IMG/VR virus record: IMGVR_UViG_3300029288_000111
Location: 1-64,000 of that record
From: a virus
Lineage: Duplodnaviria; Caudoviricetes
Strand: one strand, 5' to 3'
Length of the DNA stretch: 64,000 nucleotides
Position 1 is the first letter of the stretch. Each line of letters begins with the position of its first letter. The notes beneath the pieces were generated by a model. That model was not told the origin of the DNA and did not search any database. It saw nothing but the letters and a program-made list of their open reading frames with translations. Below, piece after piece: positions 49,619-60,036 of this stretch. The position numbers and the translations under genes are program-made.

Positions 49619-51189
49619 CAGAGCGTTCCTTTCACGTCCAGGACAATGACATCGCCAGCGACGAGATCGTTGACGCCGTCATTCACGAACTCAACCTGGC
49701 CGTTCGCATCCGACGTGGAGCCGTCGAACATGCCCGGATCGATGTCCGCGTGCCAGCGACGGATGTCACTCAGGCCGGTGATGATCACCACGCGCCCCCA
49801 TGCCACCTCGGCGGCTGTCACGGTGTGCTGGACTGTATATTCGTACAGGACGGCGGGTACCAGCTCGTCCGCATTGTCCTGCGCGGCCACCTCAGCCGGG
49901 TGGCTGCTCGTCAGCGTCATTGTCGCGCCGGGCTCAACCGTGGCGATGTCGATGTAGGCGGTATCGGTGGGATGGACGGCCGAGTTCAGCACCGTGCCCT
50001 GGTTCGCGACGATGGCTGCGCGAAGCGCCGTAGCGGTCAGCGCCGCCGTGCCCCCGATCAGCACCTGCACGTTCCCCGCGCCCACGCCTCCGCCGTCGTC
50101 GAACTCATAGACGACGCTGCTGAGGACTCCCCCGGGTGGCGTCACGTCGATCTGGAGGGTACGCCCGTCGGCGGGGTTCGAGAGGATGCCGAGGAAGCCT
50201 GTGGCTGGACGCCCGGCATCGAGGATCGTGTTGACGAGCGCGAACGTCGGATTACCAGCAACCCCAGCCGGGTTGGTAATGCCAAAGCCATCCGATGGCG
50301 CGGTCAACGTGCGCAGAGCCCAGGTGTTTCCTGCCGTCCTGGTGGCGATGCCCGTTGTAGCTAGTGCCGCCACCGCATCGAGGTCATCATCGTGCGCCTG
50401 CACGTCCACGCCGATCTCGGCGTCCAGCGGCACGATGTTCGTGGCATCGCACCATACGACCATCGCCGACCCCTGCGTCACCTCCACGCCCGTGCCGGCC
50501 GCTGTCTTGACCGTGACCGTGAAGGCGCCCGTGGTGTCGTTCTTGACCCAGAGGAAACGGCCCGACAAGGTCTCCAGGATCACGTTGCGGTTGCCGGTCA
50601 GAAGGCCGGTCAGAGTCAAGACTCCGGTGTCGAACTCCCCGGCGATGAGCGTCACGTCGCCCGGCCCACCCGCGATGCTGACCGACGTTCCCTCGGCCAT
50701 CAGTCGCCGCGCCGCTACCAGCGCACTCCCCAGGTGCGTCCTCCCCGCGGGCGCGTCGTCAATACTCGTCACCTCCGTGCCGTCCGTGACGCAGGTGAGC
50801 AGGAGACATGAGTCGGCGGGCGCGACCCCCGTCACGTTCGCGACGATGTTCAGCCCCGTTACCGGGTCCGCCTCTTGGAGCAGGTAGAGGTAGTTCGTAT
50901 CGCTCGCGGTGAGGTTCAGCACCTTCACGGCGGCCGCGTTCCAGACGATCTTCTTCGCCCCGGCCGCCCCTGGGAAGCCGATGCCGGTGGCGATCTGGAT
51001 GCTCAGTTCTCCCGCCACGATGGACCCCGCGAAGTCCGTCGGGCTGCGCACCGTCGCCCCGAGGAGATCGGCCAGCAACACCAGCACCGACTCCAACGAG
51101 TCGCTCCAGTTGTTCACGTCGCTCGGGTTCAGGTACGAAAGCGGCGAGAGCGTTTTTCCGTTCGCGAACCTCCAGACTGTCGTTGACAT
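49618..51189 (-). CDS. Tail fibre protein
   Basis: LTGLLTGNRNV, IGVDVQAHDDDLDAVAAL, NPAGVAGNPT motifs. Confidence 0.75.
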   Translation of the reverse strand: MSTTVWRFANGKTLSPLSYLNPSDVNNWSDSLESVLVLLADLLGATVRSPTDFAGSIVAGELSIQIATGIGFPGAAGAKKIVWNAAAVKVLNLTASDTNYLYLLQEADPVTGLNIVANVTGVAPADSCLLLTCVTDGTEVTSIDDAPAGRTHLGSALVAARRLMAEGTSVSIAGGPGDVTLIAGEFDTGVLTLTGLLTGNRNVILETLSGRFLWVKNDTTGAFTVTVKTAAGTGVEVTQGSAMVVWCDATNIVPLDAEIGVDVQAHDDDLDAVAALATTGIATRTAGNTWALRTLTAPSDGFGITNPAGVAGNPTFALVNTILDAGRPATGFLGILSNPADGRTLQIDVTPPGGVLSSVVYEFDDGGGVGAGNVQVLIGGTAALTATALRAAIVANQGTVLNSAVHPTDTAYIDIATVEPGATMTLTSSHPAEVAAQDNADELVPAVLYEYTVQHTVTAAEVAWGRVVIITGLSDIRRWHADIDPGMFDGSTSDANGQVEFVNDGVNDLVAGDVIVLDVKGTL

Positions 51190-51192
51190 CCT

Positions 51193-51441
51193 CTACTCCT
51201 CCGGCCCGAGGGCGTAATCCGTATCGCCCAGGGGCGAGAACCCCAGCGCGAACCAGATCGTCGCCCGCGCCCCGCCGAACCCCCCGCTCACCGCCGTGGC
51301 GCCACTCAGGCGGATCGGCCCCGATACGTCGCCCCCGACCACCCGCTGCACCATCGCCGCGCTCGTCTCGCTGTCCAGTTCGCTCGTGGCCGCCCCGGAG
51401 AACTCCTGCTCGCCGGCAGCGGCGAAGTTCACCTTCGCCAT
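51193..51441 (-). CDS. Small tail-module protein
   Basis: Operon position. Confidence 0.55.
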   Translation of the reverse strand: MAKVNFAAAGEQEFSGAATSELDSETSAAMVQRVVGGDVSGPIRLSGATAVSGGFGGARATIWFALGFSPLGDTDYALGPEE

Positions 51442-51444
51442 CGA

Positions 51445-52269
51445 CTAACTCCAGGTCCAGGGGAGTTCCCATGCGAGTTCTCCCACCGGCAGCGCCGGCT
51501 CGTTCGTGGCGACGAAACTCTTCGCCGTGGCCAGCACCGCCGCCAGCAGCAGGTTGCCCGCCGCCGCGGCGTCCATCAGCGCCAGGTGCGTCACCGGACC
51601 GACGGGGCCCGCCAGCGCCGCCCAGGCCACCTCCGCCGCGTTTGCCAGGATCCGTCCGTAAGTGGTGGGGAAGATCGCCGTACTCACGTCTACCCGCGCC
51701 ACCCCTGCGGGCTCCGAGAGGCCGCTGCCGTCCTGATCCGGGTCCGCCAGGGAGAGCGCCAGGTGGAGTGCCGCCGGCATCGCCCAGGCCCCCTGCCCCA
51801 ACAGGTGCGCCAGGAGGGCGTTCGCCACGTCGTCGCTCGCTCCTCCGAGGGTTGCATCCCAGGGGAGAGAGAAGTCCAACTCCCCCGCGGGGATCTTCAG
51901 CGTGCCGCCGATCCCCACCGTCACGGCCGGCGCGAGCGCGTGGCTCGTCCAGTACTCGCTCCCCGCCGAGGCCGAGGCGTAGGGAGAGGTGAAGTAGTAG
52001 CCGATCTCTCCCCAGGCGGCCGTTGCCTTCGCGAAGCTGATGATGCCGCTGTTCGTCGCCGCCCGCGCGGCCGCCGCCCCCATCGAGGCGGTGATGTTCA
52101 CTCGCGCGTAGGCGGCATCGGTCGGCTCGCTAATCCCGCTGCCGTCCGGGAGCGGGTCCGTCACCGAAGCCCCCAGGTAGATCGACCCGGGCAGCGCCCA
52201 CGTCGCCTTGCGCGCGAGGTGGTTCCAGACGCGCTGGCAGAGCGCGTCGCTGAAACCTGTACTGGCCAT
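51445..52269 (-). CDS. Tail-associated protein with two tandem homologous domains
   Basis: DP..DGSG.SEP...ARV occurs twice. Confidence 0.7.
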   Translation of the reverse strand: MASTGFSDALCQRVWNHLARKATWALPGSIYLGASVTDPLPDGSGISEPTDAAYARVNITASMGAAAARAATNSGIISFAKATAAWGEIGYYFTSPYASASAGSEYWTSHALAPAVTVGIGGTLKIPAGELDFSLPWDATLGGASDDVANALLAHLLGQGAWAMPAALHLALSLADPDQDGSGLSEPAGVARVDVSTAIFPTTYGRILANAAEVAWAALAGPVGPVTHLALMDAAAAGNLLLAAVLATAKSFVATNEPALPVGELAWELPWTWS

Positions 52270-52687
52270 CAGTATCCCTTCATCGCCGGGTTGCGGATCG
52301 CCGGCGTCAGCGTCTCACCCTCGGCCCACACCGGCCCGCCGCACCCCGGACACGCCTTCCCGCCGCTCTCCGGGGCGCACCGGGCGCACCAGTGCCTGCC
52401 GCACCCGAGACAGCGCCGGTCGGCCGCTCCGCCGCACCGGCAGGTAGGCCCCGCCGGTTCCGCTCGCGGCGCTTCCGTGCCCCACGCCCACCGCCGCCGC
52501 TGCAGTTCGCGCAGCTCCCGGTGCGCCTCCACCAGCCGGCGGCCCTCGGGGGTATTCGCTTCGGGATCCCCCTGCCGGAGCCCATCCATCGCTGCCTGGA
52601 ACTCCGCTTCCGCCGCCTGCTCCAGCTCGGGGAAGGAGCGCAGCGGTGCCATCTCGTCGAGGAAGCCGAACAGCGCCGCCGTCTGCG

Positions 52688-55126
52688 TCAGATCAAGAAC
52701 CGGCCCGTGATCTGGCTCGTCATGTCCTGCGGCCCCTGTGGGGAGAGCGTCCATGAGTTGGTCATCTCCATGATGTAGAACGGCACGAGCGCCGCGCCCG
52801 AGCGCAACTCGCTCACCCAGATCGTGTCCATCGGATAGAGCTGCGGCTGCATCCAGGTCTCGATCTGCACCTCCCACTCGGGGATCCGCAGCATCGCGAG
52901 GAGGCGGTTGGCGGCGCTGCTGGCGAACGGGAGACTGGCGAATCGGCTGTCCACCCAGACGAGCGGTGCCCGGTAGCCGACGTAGTTCGACGGCTCCGCC
53001 CCCGGCGCGGCCAGGATACTGGCGGCGTCCTCCCGCTTGCTGATGATCGGGTTCCAGCCGTTGGAGAAGACATCGATCCCGATCAGGAGGATCACGTTGC
53101 GAACGTTCTCCACCGAGGTGCGGAACCGGAAGTGGCGGAACTCCGCCAGGTCCTTTCCCCAGTCCGAAGCGCCGCTGCCCCCCTTGGGATCCTCGTAGAA
53201 CGTCTTGACCGCCGTGCCGCGTGTCTCCGGGATCCACCGCTCGTACCGGAAGTAGGCCTGCGCGTCAATGTAGAACAGCCAGGCGCGCACCCGCCGGATG
53301 TACTCGATCAGGTCGCGCCCGGTCATCATCCGGTTGCGCGGCGTCCAGGCGTTGATGCCATACCCCATCGGCAGGAAGTATGGCTCCGGGTCTCCCGGCG
53401 CACTGCTGTAGGGATCGCTGGGGATCAGCGCCTGGAACGCCATCATCGAGCGGGGAATGCCGCACTTCTCCAGTACCCAGGCGATGGCCGCGTAGTGATT
53501 CCACCCGTCCATCACCGGCACGCTCCCCATCGCCTGATTGAGCACCGGCATCAGGTCGGTGCAGCAGATCGAGAGCGTTGCCCGGTTCGCCTCCATCTTC
53601 TCGAAGTCGAACGTGCGCGCCATGCCGGTGAAGCGCCGGTACATGTTCCCCGGGCGGTTCGGCGCCGGCGAGCCCTTCACGTAATCAAGCGTCGCCGGGC
53701 TCGCGTACCCCAGGTCGAGGCTGATGGCGCGCGCCCCGCTCATTCCCGCCCACTGTCCATACCAGTTGTCGACGTTGAACTCCAGGCTGTGGTGCACGGT
53801 GAGGGCGTTCGGGTCGAACCGGATCCGCTCCACCACGCGGTTCTTCGGGATCAGGTTCCGCCCCATCGCCGGGGAGGCCACCCAGATCCCGTCCGTGCGC
53901 ACGTCCACCCGCGTCGCCACCGCCGTCAGGTCGGCGAAGTCAACGCCCTCGTACTCCCCCGAGATGTCACTGCTCTGCTCGTTCGTCAGGTCCAGCTTGT
54001 AATTGTGCTCGCTCGTCACCCAGGAACCGTAGGCGGAGCACTTCAGGATGCTCCCCGAGGGAAAGTTGACGTGCCACTCCTGCCCTGAGGCGAGTTTCTG
54101 CACGCCCGAGGCCCCCATCAGCGTGTAGTACGGCTGCGTCTCCGGAATGAACCCCAGGGAGATCGGCATCCCGCGCAGCCAACTCGCCGTGGCCCAGCGG
54201 TGCAGGAACACATCCCCCCGCAACCGCCAGAAGTAGGCGCCTCGCAGGTGGATCTCGCTGATCAACGGCCAGGTGTTGTTGTACCCGGCCACCGGCGTCA
54301 CGTCCACCAGCGTGTCGGTGCTCGGATGGGGCACCGAGAAGTTCGCCGTGGCGCCGCCGGCGCTGATCTGCACGATCCCGTTCAGGAAGCGCACGTCGAG
54401 CGGGAAACTCCCCTTCGCCCCGTGATTGTTCGTGATGATCGCCGTGTCACCGGCCAACTTCAGGTTCATCGCCAGCGTCACCGCGCCGGACCCCCACACC
54501 GAGCCGTCGTTCGTCGCCCGCTGCACCGTGACGTACTCGGCGTTGCCGAAGATCACGCTGTAGAGGTAACTCCCGATCACGAACTGGACGGCGAACCAGG
54601 GCGCCACCGTCTTCGAGAGGTTCGTCGGCAGACTCCGCTCCAGGAGCACCAGGAACCCCTGCGCTTTCACTAGGAACGGCTGCGGGTCCTCGGTGCTATC
54701 GGTGTCTCGGAAGTAGATGCTGCCGGAGAAGGTGGTGTCGGTGTCGTTTCCCGTGCCATTCCACAGTACGTCGAAATACTGCTGCCCCCAGGGCACCCCG
54801 CGGAAGAAGTGGATCAGGGCGTTCGCCGAGAGGGCGACATCCTCCCACTCCAGTGCCGGCAGGTCGGCATTCACCCAGTCATCTTCGTCTACCACCTGCG
54901 CGCCGAGGCCGTGCCCTGCCTTCAACTTCTGGTGGAACGGCACCAGTACCTGCTTCGCGTGCACGCACCCGGCGATGGGGTCTACCCGCAGCCACGACAT
55001 TCCCTGCGAGGTGGACCCGGAGTAGCGCGCCAACAGGTCCGGAATGCAGCTCTGGGCTTGCCGCTGGTAGGGGAACATCGAGTGCAGCGGCGTCATCTCG
55101 ATCCGACCGGCCGCTTCGACTTGCAT
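52688..55126 (-). CDS. Large tail/baseplate hub-like protein
   Basis: 812 aa, tail-module position. Confidence 0.6.
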   Translation of the reverse strand: MQVEAAGRIEMTPLHSMFPYQRQAQSCIPDLLARYSGSTSQGMSWLRVDPIAGCVHAKQVLVPFHQKLKAGHGLGAQVVDEDDWVNADLPALEWEDVALSANALIHFFRGVPWGQQYFDVLWNGTGNDTDTTFSGSIYFRDTDSTEDPQPFLVKAQGFLVLLERSLPTNLSKTVAPWFAVQFVIGSYLYSVIFGNAEYVTVQRATNDGSVWGSGAVTLAMNLKLAGDTAIITNNHGAKGSFPLDVRFLNGIVQISAGGATANFSVPHPSTDTLVDVTPVAGYNNTWPLISEIHLRGAYFWRLRGDVFLHRWATASWLRGMPISLGFIPETQPYYTLMGASGVQKLASGQEWHVNFPSGSILKCSAYGSWVTSEHNYKLDLTNEQSSDISGEYEGVDFADLTAVATRVDVRTDGIWVASPAMGRNLIPKNRVVERIRFDPNALTVHHSLEFNVDNWYGQWAGMSGARAISLDLGYASPATLDYVKGSPAPNRPGNMYRRFTGMARTFDFEKMEANRATLSICCTDLMPVLNQAMGSVPVMDGWNHYAAIAWVLEKCGIPRSMMAFQALIPSDPYSSAPGDPEPYFLPMGYGINAWTPRNRMMTGRDLIEYIRRVRAWLFYIDAQAYFRYERWIPETRGTAVKTFYEDPKGGSGASDWGKDLAEFRHFRFRTSVENVRNVILLIGIDVFSNGWNPIISKREDAASILAAPGAEPSNYVGYRAPLVWVDSRFASLPFASSAANRLLAMLRIPEWEVQIETWMQPQLYPMDTIWVSELRSGAALVPFYIMEMTNSWTLSPQGPQDMTSQITGRFLI

Positions 55127-56527
55127 CTACGCCCAGCTCCCCGTGCCGTCGTTCGAGACCGCCCGGCACTTCACGATCTGCACGTCCTGGCTGGTGTCAA
55201 TGTAGGCGAACGCCAGCACGTCTTCGCCCTCCTCACTCACCACGAACGACCCCTTGCCGCTCGGGCTCGTCAGCGCCATGCTCACCTCGCCGCTCCACAC
55301 ACCGTCATCCGGCTTCACCCGGCACACCCAGGCCGTGCCGTTCCACCCGGCGAACACCCGCCGCCGCTTCTGCCTCACGCTGCTCTGCGCCGTGTAGCTG
55401 CCCGCGATGCTCACCAAGGTCCAGGTCCTCCCGTGATCGTAACTGCGCGCCACGTAGGCGGTGCTCCCTCGCAGGTAGCTCCCCTCAATGAGCGGTGCCT
55501 CCGCCTGCTGGAAGCTCGGCCAGGTGCAACCCGCGTTCCCGTCAATGGTGAAGTCGGCAGGGCTGGCGTCGTCGGGGTCGTAGACACTGGCGATCAGGTG
55601 CCCGCTGGTGTCGACGTGGACGACGACGAGCCGCTCGGCCCAGGTGCGGAAGGCGGAGAGACTCCCGGCGCCGCTCCCCGGTCCGATCAGCCAGTAGCGG
55701 AAGCCGTAGCCCTCCACCTGCTCGTAAGCGGAACCGGCCCAGGATCCGTCAATGCTCGCGGCGTGCGCGTGCGGCCCCGGTGCGGCGTAGTCCTCCTGGG
55801 AGATGGCGTAGGCTATCGCCTGCGCACCCCGGAACTGCCAGAAGTAGAGCCATGGTACGAAAGGGGCGTCCCTCACGTCGGCGCCCGAGGAGAGCAGCGT
55901 CAGCGTCGGAATGTCGGCCGCCGCCGAGACCACCGGGGGCGCCGGGGGCGGAACCGCGCCCCCGGTGATGGCCGCCACGCCTACCCGGTGAACGAGCAGG
56001 CACATCACCACGTCATCCCAGTTCGCGGTTTCCGCCGCGTCGGGCGTCATGTCCTCGCTCTCGGAGACGCTCCCGCCCGCGCTCGGCCCGTAGTCCGCGT
56101 ACAGGGACAGGGGCACCGCCGTCAACGTCCACCCCGACAGACCGTCGAGCCGGATGTTGCCGTCCGCGCTCCGCAGCGTGATCGCCACCGCCTTCGCCCA
56201 CCACGTGGAGACGCAAGCGCCGCTCACCGTGAAGGCACCCGCGGCGTCTCCCGCGCGCACATCCCAGGCCCGGAAGTCCTGATACCGGCTGGCCGGCGAG
56301 GTGAACCGCAACCGACCATCGGCCGCGAACGTGACGCCCGAGGAGGGCATCATCCACCAGGGCGGAGGATAGTCGTGTACCTGGGCGGTGATGTTGTAAC
56401 ACACGTACAGGCACACCAGGTCGCCAACCTGCGTGTCTACGTGCGGCGTGATGGTGAAGGAGATCGCCCCGGCCACCCCGGTCTGCTCTACCTCCACCAC
56501 GCCGACCACTGTCGGGGGGCGAGACAT
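55127..56527 (-). CDS. Tail-module protein
   Basis: 466 aa, beta-rich, RSYDHGRTW BNR-like motif. Confidence 0.55.
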   Translation of the reverse strand: MSRPPTVVGVVEVEQTGVAGAISFTITPHVDTQVGDLVCLYVCYNITAQVHDYPPPWWMMPSSGVTFAADGRLRFTSPASRYQDFRAWDVRAGDAAGAFTVSGACVSTWWAKAVAITLRSADGNIRLDGLSGWTLTAVPLSLYADYGPSAGGSVSESEDMTPDAAETANWDDVVMCLLVHRVGVAAITGGAVPPPAPPVVSAAADIPTLTLLSSGADVRDAPFVPWLYFWQFRGAQAIAYAISQEDYAAPGPHAHAASIDGSWAGSAYEQVEGYGFRYWLIGPGSGAGSLSAFRTWAERLVVVHVDTSGHLIASVYDPDDASPADFTIDGNAGCTWPSFQQAEAPLIEGSYLRGSTAYVARSYDHGRTWTLVSIAGSYTAQSSVRQKRRRVFAGWNGTAWVCRVKPDDGVWSGEVSMALTSPSGKGSFVVSEEGEDVLAFAYIDTSQDVQIVKCRAVSNDGTGSWA

Positions 56528-56547
56528 GGACTATCCCTCCGATTTCC

Positions 56548-56578
56548 GGGAACGTTTTCCACCCTCGTGCGTTAGCAG
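56548..56578 (+). promoter_or_regulatory. ECF-type promoter
   Basis: GGGAAC-N16-CGTTAGCAG. Confidence 0.8.
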
Positions 56579-56617
56579 TGGTAGCGGACGACTTCGGCCG
56601 CCGAAAGGAGAAGAACT

Positions 56618-57103
56618 GTGTGCGCTAACCGAGAAACATCCGAAGAGGTGCCTGCCACGACCCCCGCGTTCTGCTGGAAGGAGAGCCTGGATCAGGACCC
56701 GCCATCCGAACAGGAGACGTTCTGGGGCATACGCCGCATGGGATTCGCGCGTGCCAAGCTGGACCCGGAGAAGTACGACCTCGCGGCCATCTACATCGGT
56801 TCGCATGGACAGATGGTGGAACACGACCCGGAAGTCCATCGATATCGCCCCGTCCTGGAGGGAGTCATCCGCGGCTGTAACGACGACTCCGGGGAGATGC
56901 ACACCCTGAAGACCGCGCTGGGCCTGTACCCGGTCGCCGTGCCCAAAGGCCAATCCTTGCGTCAGTTCTTGTCCTCCTGGACCGGCGTCAACACGTTCGA
57001 ACTTTCCAATGCCCCGGAAGATCGCGTCGTCTGGGGCAATCCCCCGGAACTGGTTGAGCGCGCTCGCCAACTGGCGCTGTCCTGGCAGAAGCAGAAGCCC
57101 TAG
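56618..57103 (+). CDS. Hypothetical moron gene antisense to the tail operon
   Basis: Own promoter and AGGAG RBS. Confidence 0.65.
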   Translation: MCANRETSEEVPATTPAFCWKESLDQDPPSEQETFWGIRRMGFARAKLDPEKYDLAAIYIGSHGQMVEHDPEVHRYRPVLEGVIRGCNDDSGEMHTLKTALGLYPVAVPKGQSLRQFLSSWTGVNTFELSNAPEDRVVWGNPPELVERARQLALSWQKQKP

Positions 57104-59934
57104 CCCTTCGCCTGCTCGGAAGCCTGGTATCTCACATTGAGGTCGTGGAGCAACTCGTCCAGCGGACCCATGATGTCTTCCGCTATCTTCCCCTGGCGGC
57201 TCGTGCCCTGCTCCGCCTGCGACGCCATCCTGGACACCTCCTGCGCCGCGTCCGCCAGGTTCGCCATCGCCGCCGCGAAGCTGCCCGGTGTTCCCCGCCC
57301 CCGGCCCGCCGACGCGCCTCCACCTGCCACGCCCGCCCGCGGCCCCGCCGTCTCGATCCCCGGCCCCGCGCTCATCGCCGCCCCCACAATCGGCGCCGCG
57401 CCCCACACCCCGGGGCCCCCCGTGCCGGGCCAGTTCCGCACCCCGGGCATGACGGGCTGGCCCACGAGCTGTGCCATCCGCAGGAACCAGGGGAGCTGCG
57501 CCGCATTCGCCCCCATCATCGGGTTTGCGATCCCCCAGCCTGAGACGGCATCCGCAATCGCGAAGCCGCGCGCCTGAACGTCGAACGAGCCGGGCATCCC
57601 GAGGGCCTGCGAGACGAGCCGGTTCTCCCAACCATACGAGAGTTCAGTGAAGGTCTGAAACTGGCGCGTCGCCACATCCTGCCGCCGCTGCTGGATGATG
57701 AACTGCTGCTCCGGCGTGATCCCGCCCGGCTGCCGCCGCAGACCGGCCTCAATCGCCTCGATCTGGTAGCCCTCCTGCTCCAGGGTGCCCATCACGCCCC
57801 GCAACGCCTGGCGCACGCTGCCGTAGCTGCCGGGCACCCGCGAGAGAATACCCGCCGAGAACACCGCCGCCGACTCCCGCATCTGCAACCCGATGTCTAC
57901 CGGCGCCCGCGCTGCGTTCGCTCGCGCCTCGACGGCCGCCGACTCCGCCTGCTCCCAGGCGAGGCGGTACTGCTCCAACTCCGGCCCCTCCAGCGTGCCG
58001 ATTTTCGACTCGTAGCGCGCCCTGGCGCTCTGCGCGGCAATGTCGCTCTGACTGATCGCCCCGCCCAACTCTCCCATCCGCGCCTGGATCCCTGCTCCCG
58101 TCGCCCACATCCGGCCGGCGCGCGTCATACCGATCTGGGCACCCAACTCCGCCTCCCGCTGGGCGCCACCGTACCGCGCCTCCGATGCCTGAACGCGGGC
58201 ATACGTCTCCTGCTGGTGGAGAGAGTAGGTTTGGGTCTCCAACTCCGCGAGGATCCGGTCGAGCACCGAAACCGTCGCATCGTCGCCTTTGGCGACCGCT
58301 TGACTCCGCTGAAACTCCTTGATGTTGATGAGCCCCTCAAGCTCCATCCGCTCCTCGTGGGTGGCGCCGCGCGCCCGCCGCCACTGCTCTCCTGCCGTGG
58401 CGTAGGCGCCGATAGAGGTGTAGTATCCGGCCCCCGCGCGTGCGCGACCCGCCTGCGCGCCCGCGATCCCCCCAAACGTCGTGTACGTCGCCTCGCCACC
58501 CCGGAAGGCACCCGCCATCATCTGGCCCTGATACCGCTCGGTGTCGTCCTCGCTCATTCCGAAGAGCTGCCACGCCGCCGCATAGTCGCCCCGCGCCATC
58601 GCCTGCCGCGCGGCGTCCGCGAACGACGGCGTGCCGTTCATTGGCCACCAGGTCATCGTTTCGGGCGTGAACCGCTGCTGCAGATAGGTCTGGATGATGC
58701 TGCCCTGCAGCGGCACCGGTACGCCGCCGTTCTCCGGCGTGCGCCCGAACCGTGTCCATGCCTCGCGGGGAAGAGTCGCGCCGCCGAGGAGCGCCTGGCC
58801 GAGACCAGGGAAGATGGATTTGTTGGTGTTGATGAGATCCCATTCCCCACCAACAATGCCCTCCGGCACAATGCCCGCCCGGTCGATCCCCATGAATGCG
58901 CCGACCTGGGTTGCATTCAGCCAGTCCGAAATTTTCTCCATCGGCGGACGCCAGATGGGAGCGAGGAACGGCGCCAAGATCCCCATGAGCCCCGAAGAGC
59001 GCTGAGCGGCGTTCATCGAGGTGGCGTTCAGCCCCACATCCACGCCCGTGCCGATGGCCTGAACCGCCTGCTGCGCCGCCTGCACGGCCGCGACGCCCGC
59101 AACCGCCCCGATCGCTCCCTGGATGCCACCCGAAGCGAGACCACCGAGCATCTGATTCCAGGTGCCCCCACCCCTGGATGGCTGCTGGTAGCCCATGTAG
59201 GTCGCGAACCCGCCACTTGCGTCTCCGGTGGCCACCGCCGCCTGCCATCTCTCGTGGTGAACCGACATCCAGTCGGCGCGCGGCAGCACATACTCCGGCC
59301 CGACGGCCCCCGTGGTGTGGGTCCGGTACGCCTCGTACTGCTTCCGGAAGAATCTCTCTTCCCCGGTCATATCGGCGCCGGCCATCCGCCGGAACGTCGC
59401 ATCCTCGTGCTCGCGCACCCGCTGCTGCAGCAGGTCGAGGTTCAGTTCCGCCCGCTGCTGAGATGCCATGACGATGGCGTCGGCCGCCGCTTGGCGCACT
59501 TCGGGGGTGGCATACCGGCCCGGCTGGAAATACCCCCCGCGCCCCCAACCTGCCCCACCGCCATCCCCACCTGCCGCGCCCGGCACAATGCCGCCCTGCG
59601 CGTTGACCACGACCGTGGCCGTCGTCACGGTCACGCTCTGCGCGCTGATGGTGATCGACTGGGCCGTGATGGATGAGGAGAACGAGGTGCCGCTCTGAGG
59701 CCCCTGGGCGAACCAGGGAGTCGTCTGCGACTGCGGCCCGGCAGGAGAGCCGTAGGGGGCGAATGAGGCGGGCGGCCCGCCGATGTTCGAGAGGGCGACC
59801 GAGCCGCCGGCGGCGTTCCCGTTGGGCGCCAGGATCTCGCGGATCTGGCTGCTGACCGAACGCAGGTCCGAAATCAGCGCGTCGCGATTGGTCAGTTCGA
59901 ACTCGATCCCGACCTTGGCAGATTGCTGCAGCAT
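57100..59934 (-). CDS. Tape-measure-like protein
   Basis: 944 aa, Ala/Gly/Gln-rich helical; upstream of tail genes. Confidence 0.6.
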   Translation of the reverse strand: MLQQSAKVGIEFELTNRDALISDLRSVSSQIREILAPNGNAAGGSVALSNIGGPPASFAPYGSPAGPQSQTTPWFAQGPQSGTSFSSSITAQSITISAQSVTVTTATVVVNAQGGIVPGAAGGDGGGAGWGRGGYFQPGRYATPEVRQAAADAIVMASQQRAELNLDLLQQRVREHEDATFRRMAGADMTGEERFFRKQYEAYRTHTTGAVGPEYVLPRADWMSVHHERWQAAVATGDASGGFATYMGYQQPSRGGGTWNQMLGGLASGGIQGAIGAVAGVAAVQAAQQAVQAIGTGVDVGLNATSMNAAQRSSGLMGILAPFLAPIWRPPMEKISDWLNATQVGAFMGIDRAGIVPEGIVGGEWDLINTNKSIFPGLGQALLGGATLPREAWTRFGRTPENGGVPVPLQGSIIQTYLQQRFTPETMTWWPMNGTPSFADAARQAMARGDYAAAWQLFGMSEDDTERYQGQMMAGAFRGGEATYTTFGGIAGAQAGRARAGAGYYTSIGAYATAGEQWRRARGATHEERMELEGLINIKEFQRSQAVAKGDDATVSVLDRILAELETQTYSLHQQETYARVQASEARYGGAQREAELGAQIGMTRAGRMWATGAGIQARMGELGGAISQSDIAAQSARARYESKIGTLEGPELEQYRLAWEQAESAAVEARANAARAPVDIGLQMRESAAVFSAGILSRVPGSYGSVRQALRGVMGTLEQEGYQIEAIEAGLRRQPGGITPEQQFIIQQRRQDVATRQFQTFTELSYGWENRLVSQALGMPGSFDVQARGFAIADAVSGWGIANPMMGANAAQLPWFLRMAQLVGQPVMPGVRNWPGTGGPGVWGAAPIVGAAMSAGPGIETAGPRAGVAGGGASAGRGRGTPGSFAAAMANLADAAQEVSRMASQAEQGTSRQGKIAEDIMGPLDELLHDLNVRYQASEQAKG

Positions 59935-60036
59935 GGCACCCCCCGAATCAGAAGGGGCGCCTCCAACGGCGCCCCGTACATGCGAAAGGCCGGGTCTAGA
60001 CCCGGCCTATACTATACTCAGAGTCAAGACTCCAGA

